64,000 bases of DNA from Amphiscolops sp. MND2022 (GCA_964187785.1 OZ076409.1:3288001-3352000), one strand, 5' to 3'. Counted from the first letter of the stretch, positions 37,282 to 51,925 are shown. Numbers and translations: made by a program. The notes: generated by a model from the letters alone, not told the origin.

Positions 37282-37842
37282 GTTGTTGAATGTTGTGTTG
37301 TCTTCTTTGCACTCAATGTTGTCTGTCACTCTTCTCGTTTCCTCGCTTTTTCCGTCTTCAGTTGAGTTTCTGTTACTTCTGCTCTTGCTACAGCGTCTGC
37401 TGCTTTTGACCACCAACAAGACAACCACGAAGATGAAGAAAGAGACGGAGAGATGTTTTGAGTTGTGGTGGTGCTGAGATGTAACACTGCTGCAGCTACT
37501 ACCGCAGCAGTTTTATGGACATGGACTCGATTAAAATTCCTCAGCTAAGCTCCCAAGGCCTTCCACCGCCTTCTCAAGTCAAGTTACAGCAACAGCAGAA
37601 ATCGACACACAGCCAGCCCAGCATACACTGAGTATAAACACTAGCAACATCCAAAGTCGAGAGAGTCTAGTCTGACGACATATTGTAAAAACAATTTGAG
37701 CAGTCGTCTTGCTGTTGATTATGAACATAAATAATGTCACCAGTTCCATGCAAAATACGAAACTTGCTTCCAATAAATATCCATCCATTAAAACCAAGGC
37801 CGGCACCTTTGCTTTAAACTGTTTTAAACAGCAGCAAAAACA

Positions 37843-39345
37843 TTTTTAGTCGGCGCTTTTGAAGAAAAGTGCCCGACTCTTACAGTGGGAAGTTTTTTTG
37901 GACGCGTAAGGTCCACTTTTTTGTTCTTTGTTCAACAACTCAACTTGAACTACGGAGGTTCAAAACACTCGAAACAGAATCTCGAAAACAAACTAAGGAT
38001 CCCGCTTTGGCTACCTTGGTGTTTTTAACTCAGATTGTTTTCGGAACTATTAGACTTTTTTCGAAAATTTTTTCATTACAATAAAGAGTCCGCCCTTCAA
38101 TTGTTTCAATAATCTGCAACAGAATGGATGTTAAAAAATCACAAAGGGTCCTCCCGTTTACATCTTTCGGCACTGTGACACTGTTCAAAATTCTCAATTT
38201 TCGGATTTTTTCCAAAAACTGTTTAATGTCTCCAAAGGGTCTCCCTTCTTTTTTCACATTTTGCCACGAACTGGAAATTCAAAACGTTCAAAATGCCCGC
38301 CTTTTACAATTTTGAAAACGTTGCACTTTTTGAGCCTCAGATATAGCGCCAACGTTGGCAGTTCCCGGCTTGATTTCATCGTCTGAGCTCTAGGTGTGAA
38401 ATAAATTCATTGTTTCACTAAAGAATAAAATTTTCATGAGAAGCCAGTGCGGACTCATTATTTTTGTTAGGGGTTTGCCTATAACACCGTCCCAACTCGT
38501 ATCTGAATTATCGGGAATTCATTCCCCCTCTGCGGAATGGTCGGTTGAAACTTCTAGGTCACAGTGGTACTGCCGTAATTTATTAATTTTTTTCGGAAAT
38601 TTTTTAATCTCTCAAGGGTCCCCCTTTAATTTTTTTTCATATTTTGCAACCAACTGGAGTTTCACAAAGTCCAAAGGGTCCCCCTTTTACAATTTTAAAG
38701 ACTTCGCACTTTTTGAGCCTTAAGTATAGCGCCGACTTTGGCCGTTCCGGCTTGTTTTTTACGTAGCTATGCCTCACACCAACAAGCCGAGAACGGCCAA
38801 AGTCGGCGCCATATCTAAGGCTCAAAACTTAAAAGGGGGACCCTTCGGGCTTTGTGAAACTCCAGCTGGCTGCAAAAAATTTTTAAAAAATGAAGGGGGG
38901 ACCCTTTGGAGACATGAAAAAATTTCCTTAAAAAAATTTTTAATGAGATTTTTGAACAGTGTCACAGTGCCGAAAAATGTAAAAGAGGGGACCCTTTGCG
39001 ATTTTTTGACATCCATTGTGTTGCAAAACATCAAAAAAATTGAAGGGGGACCCTTTGGGGAAAAAATTTCAATCCAAAAAGTTTCAAAAAGTCGCATAGT
39101 TCCGAAAAAAAGTGGGGGATCCTTAGTGTGATTTCGAGGTTGTGGACGTCTGTTTTGTTTTTTCTTTTCGTTTTGGACGCGCTTCTGAGGTTGGAGTTGT
39201 TGAGGTTTGAAGTTGTTGAGGTTTGAAGTTGTTGAGGTTTGAGGTTGTTGAACAAATGAACAAAAAAGTGGACCTTTCGTGTCTAAAAAAAACTACCCAC
39301 TGTAATAGTCGGGCACATTTTCAACTAAAATGCGCCGACTAAAAA
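37843..39345. mobile_element. Cluster of HINE-A copies (37843-38374 +, ~38585-38756 + partial, 38781-39345 -)
   Basis: Recognisable termini; two 3' ends face each other 24 nt apart at 38756/38781. Confidence 0.75.
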
Positions 39346-40081
39346 AAGAACACTCTACTCTGTTTCGGGTTAAAAACACGTTTTCCCAGCCCTGATTAAA
39401 ACATAAACCGTGTAACAAGGCTTGCGTTGTTAGGGATTCACTTCTTATGGTAGATTTGATTTAGTTCAACTTCTGAAATCTCCTAATCCTCAACTGTGAC
39501 CAGACAGACATCACATTTCTTTCTTATCACGGGTAACATTCAGATAAATTCCAGGAAAGGAAAATTTAGAGATAATGGGCACTGAACTTGATAACTGACT
39601 GATGGAAATACAATTCCTTTACAACTTCAAGTGAGGGAATTTAAAAGAAACATTTCGATTCCATGGACTTGATGTGAAAAATGAATTGAGCCACGTAAAC
39701 AATAAAAGCATGCAAATCACCAACTGAAAGCTTTGCGACTTGAATAGATTAAACCTTTTCGCGCGGATATAGAAGCAAGGCAAGAAGATTGAAGTATTCA
39801 CTTAAAAGCTCGAACAGCGAAAGTAGTTGAAGGGTTGTCCTTGTAAAAATTCAGAGGATTTTCCGTCACATAATAAATTTTTTTATCCTGATTTCAATAG
39901 AAAAAAATATTCAATTTATATACATATAAGCAATTATTTAACTGTGAAATCAGGAAGAGACTCCCAAATGGCTTGCGCCCGCTCAGTATAAACCCTCGTG
40001 ACATCAAAAATAACAAATTTAATAAATTAAATAACTTAAGTTGGTGGAAAGTCACGATAAGTAAATGAATCAAACTTCCGT

Positions 40082-43000
40082 TCAAAGGATTACCTTCATG
40101 ATTAGAACAATATCATACCGCTTCTGCTGTTGTACAAGAGTTCGAACGTGACACTTCGTTTTATATGTTGCTGCAAACTTCGAAAAAAAAACATTTTTCG
40201 AGATGGAGACTGAAGTTAAGTTAGGATGTCGTTAAGATGGAATTCTGAGGTTAAAAAGTTTCTCAAAACGCCTCCTGTACACATTTGGAGTTCTGTACAG
40301 ACTGCAGATTGCACGTTTAACGTAGTGCAAAGTTTATCACAGGGCGGATGAATAATCTCTTTAAAACACAACGTATCTTCTCAATGAACAAGGGAATAAA
40401 GTAGAATGAAAACATTTCGAATGGAATGAGTGTAAGTGGAGCATCGCTGAGATTGTCCTGACTAATGACTGCTCTCCCGGCCTCCACTGTAATAATTTCA
40501 GGCTCACACTTTCTACCAGGTCAGGTCGAAAGGTCAAGCAATGACTGTGTTGCACACACGAGACATGCTTGAGAGCCATTTAACAACAAAGATACAAGTC
40601 AGGAAGGTTTCCAGGAAGGCTCAAAAAAGCTTTGAAATATGTTTCCCACAGTGCCGAAAAGGTTCAAAGGGTGTACTAAACGCAAAAAAAGGATTTCACG
40701 AACTAAAACACAAAAAACGAAGGGTTGACCCTACGCTCTGATAGTTTTGTAGATTAGTAATTGTGAAATATTCAGAGGAACCATACTTTAGATGATCGAC
40801 GTGAAGTAAAATGAATTTCGCAACATTGTAAGTTACGTGAACTAGAAAAATGAAGCTGTCAAATTTCTTCAGGATCGTTATCTTTCATCTAAAATTCGAA
40901 ATTGTTTCAAGCTTTTGTTGCAAGCGTTTTGCGGCGAACTAACCGTAAGATCACCAAACGGAGACTTTACTGAAATGGAATGGAGATGATTTGTCGACTA
41001 ATAAAACGTTCCGATGGTTGATTGTGATGCTGAGAGAAGCCTCAATGTAAACAAGGATAAACTCACAAGCAAGTGACAAAGTTTGACGGGGATAATTTAG
41101 GAACCATCGGGGCTGTTTTGTGCTTGTTATCAATCAATTTATTTCAATTTTGGCCACATATTTCCCCGAAAAATTTGAGCATTTTCAGCAAATTTTCTAT
41201 GCAATGTCCTCTTTTTAGGTAACATAAAAGGTCTAGCTCTACAACAAACGCAGTAACAACTTGGCTTTGCTGGCAGTGTCTATTCTGTTCAACAATTTTA
41301 CATGTCAAATCAAATTGCGCCCTGCACTGGTGAGAAAATATCAGAGCAATTTTTCGTTTCTCTGACAAATTTAAATGCTCATTATGGTTTTGGAAAATTG
41401 CTAGGAAACAAACTCCGGTGATACCAATCTTGTTTTGCATATCCTTTCTCGATATCCCGAATAGCGACAGAAAATGGGCCCAAAAATCAAAAACTTTGAG
41501 AACCGTGGTACGAAATATCACGCGATCGTCCGCACCGCAACATATGATAAGGCAGGGTTTTGACATCACTAATTTCTTCCGCTAATCGCTATTTTAAAAC
41601 CGCTAATTTGAAAATCGCTATTTTGCTGAAAAGCTTTTTCTGCAAACTATTGAATGTTTAGCTTCAACTATGTTTCAAATTAACTTATTCGGTTTTTGGA
41701 AGAAAAAAGACTTGGAATTTTTTATACTGTGCCTGTTTTACAAGAGTAAGAGTTGGAATTTTTCCGAAATTCATTTTGAAACACCGTTTATACACAGGAA
41801 TTTTGATTTTGGACGGTCTGTTAGTTGCCGCTAATTTGAATCGCTAATAAAATCGCAGAAAAATTCCTGCGCAGCCGCTAATTCGCTAAATCGCTGATTA
41901 GGTGCTACAAATTTTTGAAGTGGTTATTGTAGAGTAGCTAATTATGACACTGCCACCAAGTCAATATTTTCCGAAAGTGAGTAGAGTTCATTATAACAGG
42001 CGAACACTATCGATGGCCGAAGAAATGGTTTTGAGTGGTGGATTGCATGGTCGCATCAGATAATTTTTATTCGGCGCTTTCTTAGAAAGAGCAGACTATA
42101 GCGGTGACTTCTTCAAATTTTTCAAGACCAGCGAACTGACAGATTTCTATGAGCAATATCAGCTACAACTTAGTGACATCTAACTGCCACTTGGCATTAG
42201 AGGTTAACGCGGATTTCCTGATTCTGGGAAGCAGAGGTTCGTAGGTTCGAGTCTCGCACTAAACTGATTTTTAATGCGTGCAAAAGTAGAGGGGAGACCA
42301 AAAGGTCCCTTTTGGGGTTTTTTGGCACTATGCGACATACCGAAGTAAAAAAATCTTTTTTCAATTTTTGGTTTTTGAGGTTTTCTGTAAAGGAAAATAG
42401 TTTCTCGCGTCTTGAGGGACCCCTTTGTTAATTTTGATCCTGTGGAACTGATGAGTTTTTTTCCACAATCACTGAACTCGCTTTCAGAACTAATTTCGGC
42501 CTGGAAAATGTAGTTTCGCGAGTTGAAAGCTCCTTTTTCAGCACTGAGACTTCTTCCGAAAAGAAATTCGAAAAATGTTTCAAAATTTGGGTTTTTTGAT
42601 GTTTTAAGTTGGGGAAAAGGCAGTTTTCGAATCTTGTGAGTATCCCTTCGGGTATTTTTTGACATCGTAAGTTTGATAAAATTTCCACAATTGTGTTCTT
42701 TTGTATACATATAAATATATAACAAACTTTGCTCTTTTTGAACCTTGAGCGGGGCGTCGACTTGGGCCGTTCCCAGCTTGTTTGTTTAACTCTATGCATG
42801 ATTTGAAAGTGGCCCCGTAGCTTTTCAAAAGCATTTGTGTTCTGACAAAAACTTCTTCCGTAATAGGTTTTGGCTTTTCAAATAATGAGAGATTTCCCAC
42901 AAACTTTCGCTTTCAATCACGGAGCCGAGTATTCATAATTCGGCGCCCTCGAACAACGTTGGCGTTTTTTGAAAGCTCCTTTCCGCTCACTGCAGATACA

Positions 43001-46000
43001 ACTACATGACATGTTAATGTTTTTGTTGTACTCATTACAAAAATCCTAGCACTTGAAAAACAGCTTCAAACGTTTTGTTCCCACTATTCTAAGAATAATT
43101 GAGCGGTCAAAGCGGGTTGGCAAAAGTGACCGACGCGTTTACATATCGGAACAAAGAGCCATATTTCGAGGGAAGTCCTCGTTTGTCCGAAAAGTCCGAA
43201 CTGCCCACGTTACTATAGCCAAAAAGCCGGGAACGTCTAAAGTCGGCGCTATATCTAAGGCTCAAAAAGCGCAAAAGACTTTTTTTAAAGAAAAAACTTG
43301 AAATATTTTATTTTTCTTTCAGAAAATGTCGCATAGTGCCAAAAAATGTGAAGGGGGGACCCTTTGGGCTTTATTAACATATTTTCTGTTGCAAAATATC
43401 AAAAAACTCGAAAGAGAGACTCTTTTGAGACATTAAAAAAATTTCGAAAAAAAGTCGCACAATGCCGAAAAAAATCGAAAGGGGGGACCCTTTAGTCTCT
43501 CCGGTTTTGTAGGTTACGTTAAAATAGTAAGAAATGAAAGGGGACCCATTTGCACTAATTTCCGCTAACCGGACTTGGCCTTATTGTTGTATTTGTAGTA
43601 GTTTCGATTGTGAGAAAAGTGGCCGAATCAGAGTGAGATTGTAGTCTAAAAGCGCCGACTAACAACAAGCCGGGAACGGCCCAAGTCGTCGCCTCGCTCA
43701 AGGTTCAAAAGTTTTAAAATATGCTAAAGGACGCGAAAAATATTTGAAACGAAAAATCCGCTCAAAGGATACCTTCATGATAACAACAATATCATACCGC
43801 TTCTGCTGTTGTACAAGAGTTCGAACGTGACACTTTGTTTTATATGTTGCAGCAAACTTCGAAAAAAACTTTTTTCGAGATGGAGGCTGAAGTTAAGTTA
43901 GGATGTCGTTAAGATGGAATTCTGAGGTTCAAAAGTTTCTCTAAACGCCTCCACAGGAGACATTTCTTGAATCTAGTATGGACATTTCTGTACAGACTGC
44001 AGATTACACGTTTAACGTAGTGCAAAGTTTATCACAGGACGGATGAATAATCTCTTTAAAACACAACGTATCTTCTCAATGAACAAGCGAATAAAGTAGA
44101 ATGAAAACATTTCAAAGGGAATGAGTGTAAGTGGAGCATCGCTGAGATTGTCCTGACTAATGACTGCTCTCCCGGCCTCCACTGTAATAATTTCAGGCTC
44201 ACACTTTCTACCAGGTCAGGTCGAAAGGTCAAGCAATGACTGTGTTGCACACACGAGACATGCTTGAGAGCCATTTAACAACAAAGATACAAGTCAGGAA
44301 GGTTTCCAGGAAGGCTCAAAAAAGCTTTGAAATATGTTTCCCACAGTGCCGAAAAGGTTCAAAGGGTGTACTAAACGCAAAAAAAAGGATTTCACGAACT
44401 AAAACACAAAAAACGAAGGGTTGACCCTACGCTCTGATAGTTTTGTAGATTAGTAATTGTGAAATATTCAGAGGAACCATACTTTAGATGATCGACGTGA
44501 AGTAAAATGAATTTCGCAACATTGTAAGTTACGTGAACTAGAAAAATGAAGCTGTCAAATTTCTTCAGGATCGTTATCTTTCATCTAAAATTCGAAATTG
44601 TTTCAAGCTTTCGTTGCAAGCGTTTTGCGGCGAACTAACCGTGAGATCACCAAACGGAGACTTTACTGAAATGGAATGGAGATGATTTGTCGACTAATAA
44701 AACGTTCCGATGGTTGATTGTGATGCTGAGAGAAGCCTCAATGTAAACAAGGATAAACTCACAAGCAAGTGACAAAGTTTGACGGGGATAATTTAGGAAC
44801 CATCGGGGCTGTTTTGTGCTTGTTATCAATCAATTTATTTCAATTTTGGCCACATATTTCCCCGAAAAATTTGAGCATTTTCAGCAAATTTTCTATGCAA
44901 TGTCCTCTTTTTAGGTAACATAAAAGGTCTAGCTCTACAACAAACGCAGTAACAACTTGGCTTTGCTGGCAGTGTCTATTCTGTTCAACAATTTTACATG
45001 TCAAATCAAATTGCGCCCTGCACTGGTGAGAAAATATCAGAGCAATTTTTCGTTTCTCTGACAAATTTAAATGCTCATTATGGTTTTGGAAAATTGCTAG
45101 GAAACAAACTCCGGTGATACCAATTTTGTTTTGCATATCCTTTCTCGATATCCCGAATAGCGACAGAAAATGGGCCCAAAAATCAAAAACTTTGAGAACC
45201 GTGGTACGAAATATCACGCGATCGTCCGCACCGCAACATATGATAAGGCAGGGTTTTGACATCGCTAATTTCTTCCGCTAATCGCTAAACCGCTAATTTG
45301 AAAATCGCTATTTTGCTGAAAAGCTTTTTCTGCGAACTATTGAATGTTTAGCTTCAACTATGTTTCAAATTAACTTATTCGGTTTTTGGAAGAAAAAAGA
45401 CTTAGAATTTTTTATACTGTGCCTGTTTTACAAGGGTAAGAGTTGGAATTTTTCCGAAATTCATTTTGAAACACCGTTTATACACAGGAATTTTGATTTT
45501 GGACGGTCTGTTAGTTGCCGCTAATTTGAATCGCTAATAAAATCGCAGAAAAATTCCTGCGCAGCCGCTAATTCGCTAAATCGCTGATTAGGTGCTACAA
45601 ATTTTTGAAGTGGTTATTGTAGAGTAGCTAATTATGACACTGCCACCAAGTCAATATTTTCCGAAAGTGAGTAGAGTTCATTATAACAGGCGAACACAAT
45701 CGATGGCCGAAGAAATGGTTTTGAGTGGTGGATTGCATGGTCGCATCAGATAATTTTCATTCGGCGCTTTCTTAGAAAGAGCAGACTATAGCGGTGACTT
45801 CTTCAAATTTTCCAAGACCAGCGAACTGACAGATTTCTATGAGCAATATCAGCTACAACTTAGTGACATCTAACTGCCACTTGGCATTAGAGGTTAACGC
45901 GGATTTCCTGATTCTGGGAAGCAGAGGTTCGTAGGTTCGAGTCTCGCACTAAACTGATTTTTTAATGCGTGCAAAAGTAGAGGGGAGACCAAAAGGTCCC

Positions 46001-48294
46001 TTTTGGGGTTTTTTGGCACTATGCGACATACCGAAGTAAAAAAATCTTTTTTCAATTTTTGGTTTTTGAGGTTTTCTGTAAAGGAAAATAGTTTCTCGCG
46101 TCTTGAGGGACCCCTTTGTTAATTTTGATCCTGTGGAACTGATGAGTTTTTTTCCACAATCACTGAACTCGCTTTCAGAACTAATTTCGGCCTGGAAAAT
46201 GTAGTTTCGCGAGTTGAAAGCTCCTTTTTCAGCACTGAGACTTCTTCCGAAAAGAAATTCGAAAAAAGTTTCAAAATTTGGGTTTTTTGATGTTTTAAGT
46301 TGGGGAAAAGGCAGTTTTCGAATCTTGTGAGTATCCCTTCGGGTATTTTTTGACATCGTAAGTTTGATAAAATTTTCACAATTGTGTTCTTTTGTATACA
46401 TATAAAATATAACAAACTTTGCTCTTTTTGAAGCTTGAGCGGGGCGTCGACTCGGGCCGTTCCCAGCTTGTTTGTTTCACTCTATGCATGATTTGAAAGT
46501 GGCCCCGTAGCTTTTCAAAAGCATTTGTGTTCTGACAAAAACTTCTTCCGTAATAGGTTTTGGCTTTTCAATTAATGAGAGATTTCCCACAAACTTTCGC
46601 TTTCAATCACGGAGCCGAGTATTCATAATTCGGCGCCTTCGAACAACGTTGGCGTTTTTTGAAAGCTCCTTTCCGCTCACTGCAGATACAACTACATGAC
46701 ATGTTAATGTTTTTGTTGTACTCATTACAAAAATCCTAACACTTGAAAAACAGCTTCAAACGTTTTGTTCCCACTATTCTAAGAATAATTGAGCGGTCAA
46801 AGCGGGTTGGCAAAAGTGACCGACGCGTTTACATATCGGAACAAAGAGCCATATTTCGAGGGAAGTCCTCGTTTGTCCGAAAAGTCCGAACTGCCCACGT
46901 TACTATAGCCAACAAGCCGGGAACGTCTAAAGTCGGCGCTATATCTAAGGCTCAAAAAGCGCAAAAGACTTTTTTTAAAGAAAAAACTTGAAATATTTTA
47001 TTTTTCTTTCAGAAAATGTCGCATAGTGCCAAAAAATGTGAAGGGGGGACCCTTTGGGCTTTATTAACATATTTTCTGTTGCAAAATATCAAAAACCTCG
47101 AAAAGGGGACTCTTTTGAGACATTAAAAAATTTTCGAAAAAAAAGTCGCACAATGCCGAAAAAAATCGAAAGGGGGGACCCTTTAGTCTCTCCGGTTTTG
47201 TAGGTTACGTTAAAATAGTAAGAAATGAAAGGGGACCCATTTGCACTAATTTCCGCTAACCGGACTTGGCCTTATTGTTGTATTTGTAGTAGTTTCGATT
47301 GTGAGAAAAGTGGCCGAATCAGAGTGAGATTGTAGTCTAAAAGCGCCGACTAACAACAAGCCGGGAACGGCCCAAGTCGTCGCCTCGCTCAAGGTTCAAA
47401 AGTTTTTAAATATGCTAAAGGACGCGAAAAATATTTGAAACGAAAAATCCGCTCAAAGGATACCTTCATGATAACAACAATATCATACCGCTTCTGCTGT
47501 TGTACAAGAGTTCGAACGTGACACTTTGTTTTATATGTTGCAGCAAACTTCGAAAAAAACTTTTTTCGAGATGGAGGCTGAAGTTAAGTTAGGATGTCGT
47601 TAAGATGGAATTCTGAGGTTCAAAAGTTTCTCTAAACGCCTCCACAGGAGACATTTCTTGAATCTAGTATGGACATTTCTGTACAGACTGCAGATTACAC
47701 GTTTAACGTAGTGCAAAGTTTATCACAGGACGGATGAATAATCTCTTTAAAACACAACGTATCTTCTCAATGAACAAGGGAATAAAGTAGAATGAAAACA
47801 TTTCAAAGGGAATGAGTGTAAGTGGAGCATCGCTGAGATTGTTCTGACTAATGACTGCTCTCCCGGCCTCCACTGTAATAATTTCAGGCTCACACTTTCT
47901 ACCAGGTCAGGTCGAAAGGTCAAGCAATGACTGTGTTGCACACACGAGACATGCTTGAGAGCCATTTAACAACAAAGATGCAAGTCAGGAAGGTTTCCAG
48001 GAAGGCTCAAAAAAGCTTTGAAATATGTTTCCCACAGTGCCGAAAAGGTTCAAAGGGTGTACTAAACACAAAAAAAGGATTTCACGAACTAAAACACAAA
48101 AAACGAAGGGTTGACCCTACGCTCTGATAGTTTTGTAGATTAGTAATTGTGAAATATTCAGAGGAACCATACTTTAGATGATCGACGTGAAGTAAAATGA
48201 ATTTCGCAACATTGTAAGTTACGTGAACTAGAAAAATGAAGCTGTCAAATTTCTTCAGGATCGTTATCTTTCATCTAAAATTCGAAATTGTTTC
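40082..48294. repeat. Recent tandem segmental duplication, unit ~3.69 kb (2 full copies plus 1 partial)
   Basis: Units start tcaaaggat(t)accttcatga at ~40082, ~43762 and ~47453; homologous ORFs at 40361, 44056 and 47747. Confidence 0.93.
41553..41894. mobile_element. hAT-like MITE with CGCTAA repeats (duplicated at 45249-45584, absent from the paralog at ~50160)
   Basis: Flanked by tgataagg/tgattagg; empty site tgataggg in the diverged paralog; right TIR not intact. Confidence 0.7.
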
Positions 48295-48399
48295 CAACGA
48301 AATACTGAAATGACTCTTTACCTTGGAGAAAAAGACAAATATAATTCATTATGTTGAATTTTTCTTTGAAAGTGTGAGGGAAAAGGAAAAAGAACCGAT

Positions 48400-51300
48400 T
48401 GAAGTAACTGAAGGGTTGTCCTTATAAAAATTCAGGATTTTCCGTCACACAACGTTCCAATGAACAAGGAAAACAGTAGAATGAAAACCTTTCGAATGGA
48501 ATGAGTAAGTGGAGCATCGCTGAGATTGTCCTGACTAATGACTGCTCTCCCGGCCTCCACTGTAATAATTTCAGGCTCACACTTTCTACAAGGTCAGGTC
48601 GAAAGGTCAAGCAATGACTGTGTTGCACACACGAGACATGCTTGAGAGCCATTGAACAAACAATGCACAAAATAACAAGTCAGCAATGTTTCAAGCCAAC
48701 CACCACTTTCGTTCTCTATTGACAATAAATTCAGTATGAAATATAGTTTACTGTATTGTCGAAAGGGTTAACAAAAAATTAATGAACAAGGAGCACAAAG
48801 GACCAGCTTGATATTGTTCACAACGAGAATTTGCATCATCTTGCTGCAATCTGATTAAATGCCGAGCATTGTCGCCAGTATGAAATCACGCGCGTGAATT
48901 AGCGTGATTTTCTTTCTAGCCAATTAGAATGCTCCGTGACATGGTCTCGTTTTAAAACGGAACTAGGAATTGGCGCAATATGATGGTTTTGAAGTAACTA
49001 TTCTAGTTTTCAAATTTGTCACTTCAGACCGCCGAAGTTTAGATTTTATGCTGGCCATATCACCAGCTCGGTCGAACTTTCACAACAACCCGCAACAGTA
49101 GGGAGTCACTGTTTAAAGCATATTTAGGGACAGCGGGCGGGTATAACGTTTAAAGCCAAGTCATGCGGTCCCTCTCAAAACATTGAATTTTAGACGTTAT
49201 TCCCGAAACATTTTTAGACGTTATTCGCGCCCCTACATATTTAACAATTAAGAATATAATTCAAACCCAAACGGACCACGATTTCGTACCAGTTAGTTTC
49301 AGTAAACTTCTGAAGGCACTAGCTGACCGTATGGAAAAGAAAACTATTGAATACGAGTTTTAGACAATATTACATAGCATCGCACGCATTCTCACAAAAT
49401 ATTGACTTGATGTCTATAGAATAAAAAACGGAGACCAAAAAAATTGTAAAAAATGCAGATTTTCAGTTTTTCCAGTTGCCGTTTGTGGCCACAACTCGAT
49501 CGCTGCGCCATCTGGATTGGCGCTGAAACAACTTACACTTGCAAGCGTTTTGCGGCGAACTAACCGTAAGATCACCAAACGAAGACTTTACTGAAATGGA
49601 ATGGAGATGATTTGTCGACTAATAAAACGTTCCGATGGTTGATTGTGATGTTGAGAGAAGCCTCAATGTAAACAAGGATAAACTCACAAGCAAGTGACAA
49701 AGTTTGACGGGGATAATTTAGGAACCATCGGGGCTGTTTTGTGCTTGTTATCAATCAATTTATTTCAATTTTGGCCACATATTTCCCCGAAAAATTTGAG
49801 TATTTTCAGCAAATTTTCTATGCAATGTCCTCTTTTTAGGTAACATAAAAGTTCTAGCTCTACAACAGACGCAGTAACAACTTGGCTTTGCTGGCAGTGC
49901 CTATTCTGTTCGAAAATTTTACATGTCAAATCAAATTGCGCCCTGCACTGGTGAGAAAATCTCAGCGTTTTTTCGTTTCTCTGACAAATTTAAATGCTCA
50001 TTATGGTTTTGGAAAATTGCTAGAAAACAAACTCCGGTGATACCAATTTTGTTTTGCATATCCTTTCTCGATATACCGAATAGCGACAGAAAATGGGCCC
50101 AAAAATCAAAAACTTTGAGAACCGTGGTACGAAATATCACGCGATCGTCCGGAACATATGATAGGGTGCTACAAATTTTTGAAGTGGTTATTGTAGAGTA
50201 GGTAATTATGACATTACCACCAAGTCAATATTTTCCGAAAGTGAGTAGAATTCATTATAACAGGCGAACACTATCGATGGCCGAAGAAATGGTTTTGAGT
50301 GGTGGGTTGCATGGTCGGATCAGAGAATTTTTATTCTGCGCTTTCTTAGAGCAGACTATAGTGGTGACTTCTTGAAATTTTTCAAGACCAGCGAACTGAC
50401 AGATTTCTATGAGCAATATCAGCTACAACTTAGTGACATCTAACTGCCACTTGGCATAGAGGTTAACGTGGATTTCCTGATTCTGGGAAGCAGATGTTCG
50501 TAGGTTCGAGTCTCGCACTAAACTGATTTTTTTAATGCGTGCAAAAGTAGAGGGTAGACCAAAATATGAGTTTTTTATGATTGTGGAAAAGACCTACGGT
50601 TTTTTCGACTCTGTGCGAAAAAACCGCAGATCTTTTCCACAATCACTGAACTCACTTTCAGAACTGATTTCGGCCTGGAAAAATGTAGTTTCGCGAGTTG
50701 AAAGCTCCATTTTCAGCACTGAGACTTCTTCCGAAAAAAAATTCGAAAAATGTATCAAAATTTGGGTTTTTTGATGTTTTAAGTTGGAGAAAAAGCAGTT
50801 CTCGAGTCTTGTGGGTATCCATCCCTCCGGGTATTTTTTGACAGTGTAAATTTGATAAAATTTTCACAATTGTGTTCTTTTGTATATATAAATATATAAC
50901 AAACTTTGCTCTTTTTGGACCTTGAGCGGGGAGTCGACTTGGGCCGTTCCCAGCTTGTTTGTTTCACTTTATGCATGATTTGAAAGTGGTCCCGTAGCGT
51001 TTCAAAAGCATTTGTGTTCTGACAAACTTCTTCCGTAATAGGTTTTGGCTCTTCAAATAATGAGAGATTTCCCACAAACTTTCGCTTTCGATCACGGAGC
51101 CGAGTATTCATAATTCGGCGCCTTCGAACAACGTTGGCGTTTTTTGAAAGCTCCTTTCCGCTATCTGCAGATACAACAACATTACATGTTAATGTTTTTG
51201 TTGTACTCATTAGAAAAATCCTAGCACTTTTTTCCGACTTGAAAAACAGCTTCAAATCGTTTTGTCCCCACTATTCCAAGAATGATTGAGCGGTCAAAGC

Positions 51301-51925
51301 GGGTTGGCAAAAGGGACCGACGCGTTTACATATCGGAACAAAGAGCCATATTTCGAGGGAAGTCCTCGTTTCTCAAAAAGTCCGAATTGCCCACGTTACT
51401 ATAGCCAACAAGACGGAACGTCTAAAGTCGGCGCTATATCTAAGGCTCAAAAAGCGCAAAAGACTTTTTTAATAAAAAAACTTGAAATTTTTGATTTTTT
51501 TCTTTCAGAAAATGTCGCATAGTGCCAAAAAATGTAAAAGGGGGACCCTTTGGGCTTTATTAACATATTTTCTGTTGCAAAATATCAAAAAACTCGAAAG
51601 GGGGAAAAAGGGGGACTCTTTTGGAAAAAAGTCGCACAATGCCGAAAAAAATCGAAAGGGGGGACCCTTTTGCACTAATTTCCGCTGACCGGACTTGGCC
51701 TTATGGTAGTAGTTTTAGTAGTTTTTATAGTAAGAAAAGTGGCCCAATCAGAGTGAGATTGTAGTCTGACGAAAAAAAAACTAGCCACTGTAAGAGTCGG
51801 GCACTTTTCACTAGAAATGCGCCGACTAACAACAAGCCGGGAACGGCCCAAGTCGGCGCCTCGCTCAAGGTTCATAAGTTTTTAAATATGCAAAAGGACG
51901 CGAAAAAAATTCGAAACGAAAAATA
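48400..51925. repeat. Older, diverged paralog of ~39820-43757
   Basis: Collinear homology (ORF 49572 vs 40951; 51286 region vs 43053 region) with different insertions. Confidence 0.85.

Noticed and set aside
36696..37477. Hydrophobic ORFs resembling membrane proteins
   Set aside because: They are a by-product of purine/pyrimidine strand bias and simple repeats, with overlapping ORFs in several frames.
40361..51522. Repeated ORFs suggesting a tandem gene family
   Set aside because: They recur only because the DNA is duplicated; indels break the frames between copies and no domains are recognisable.
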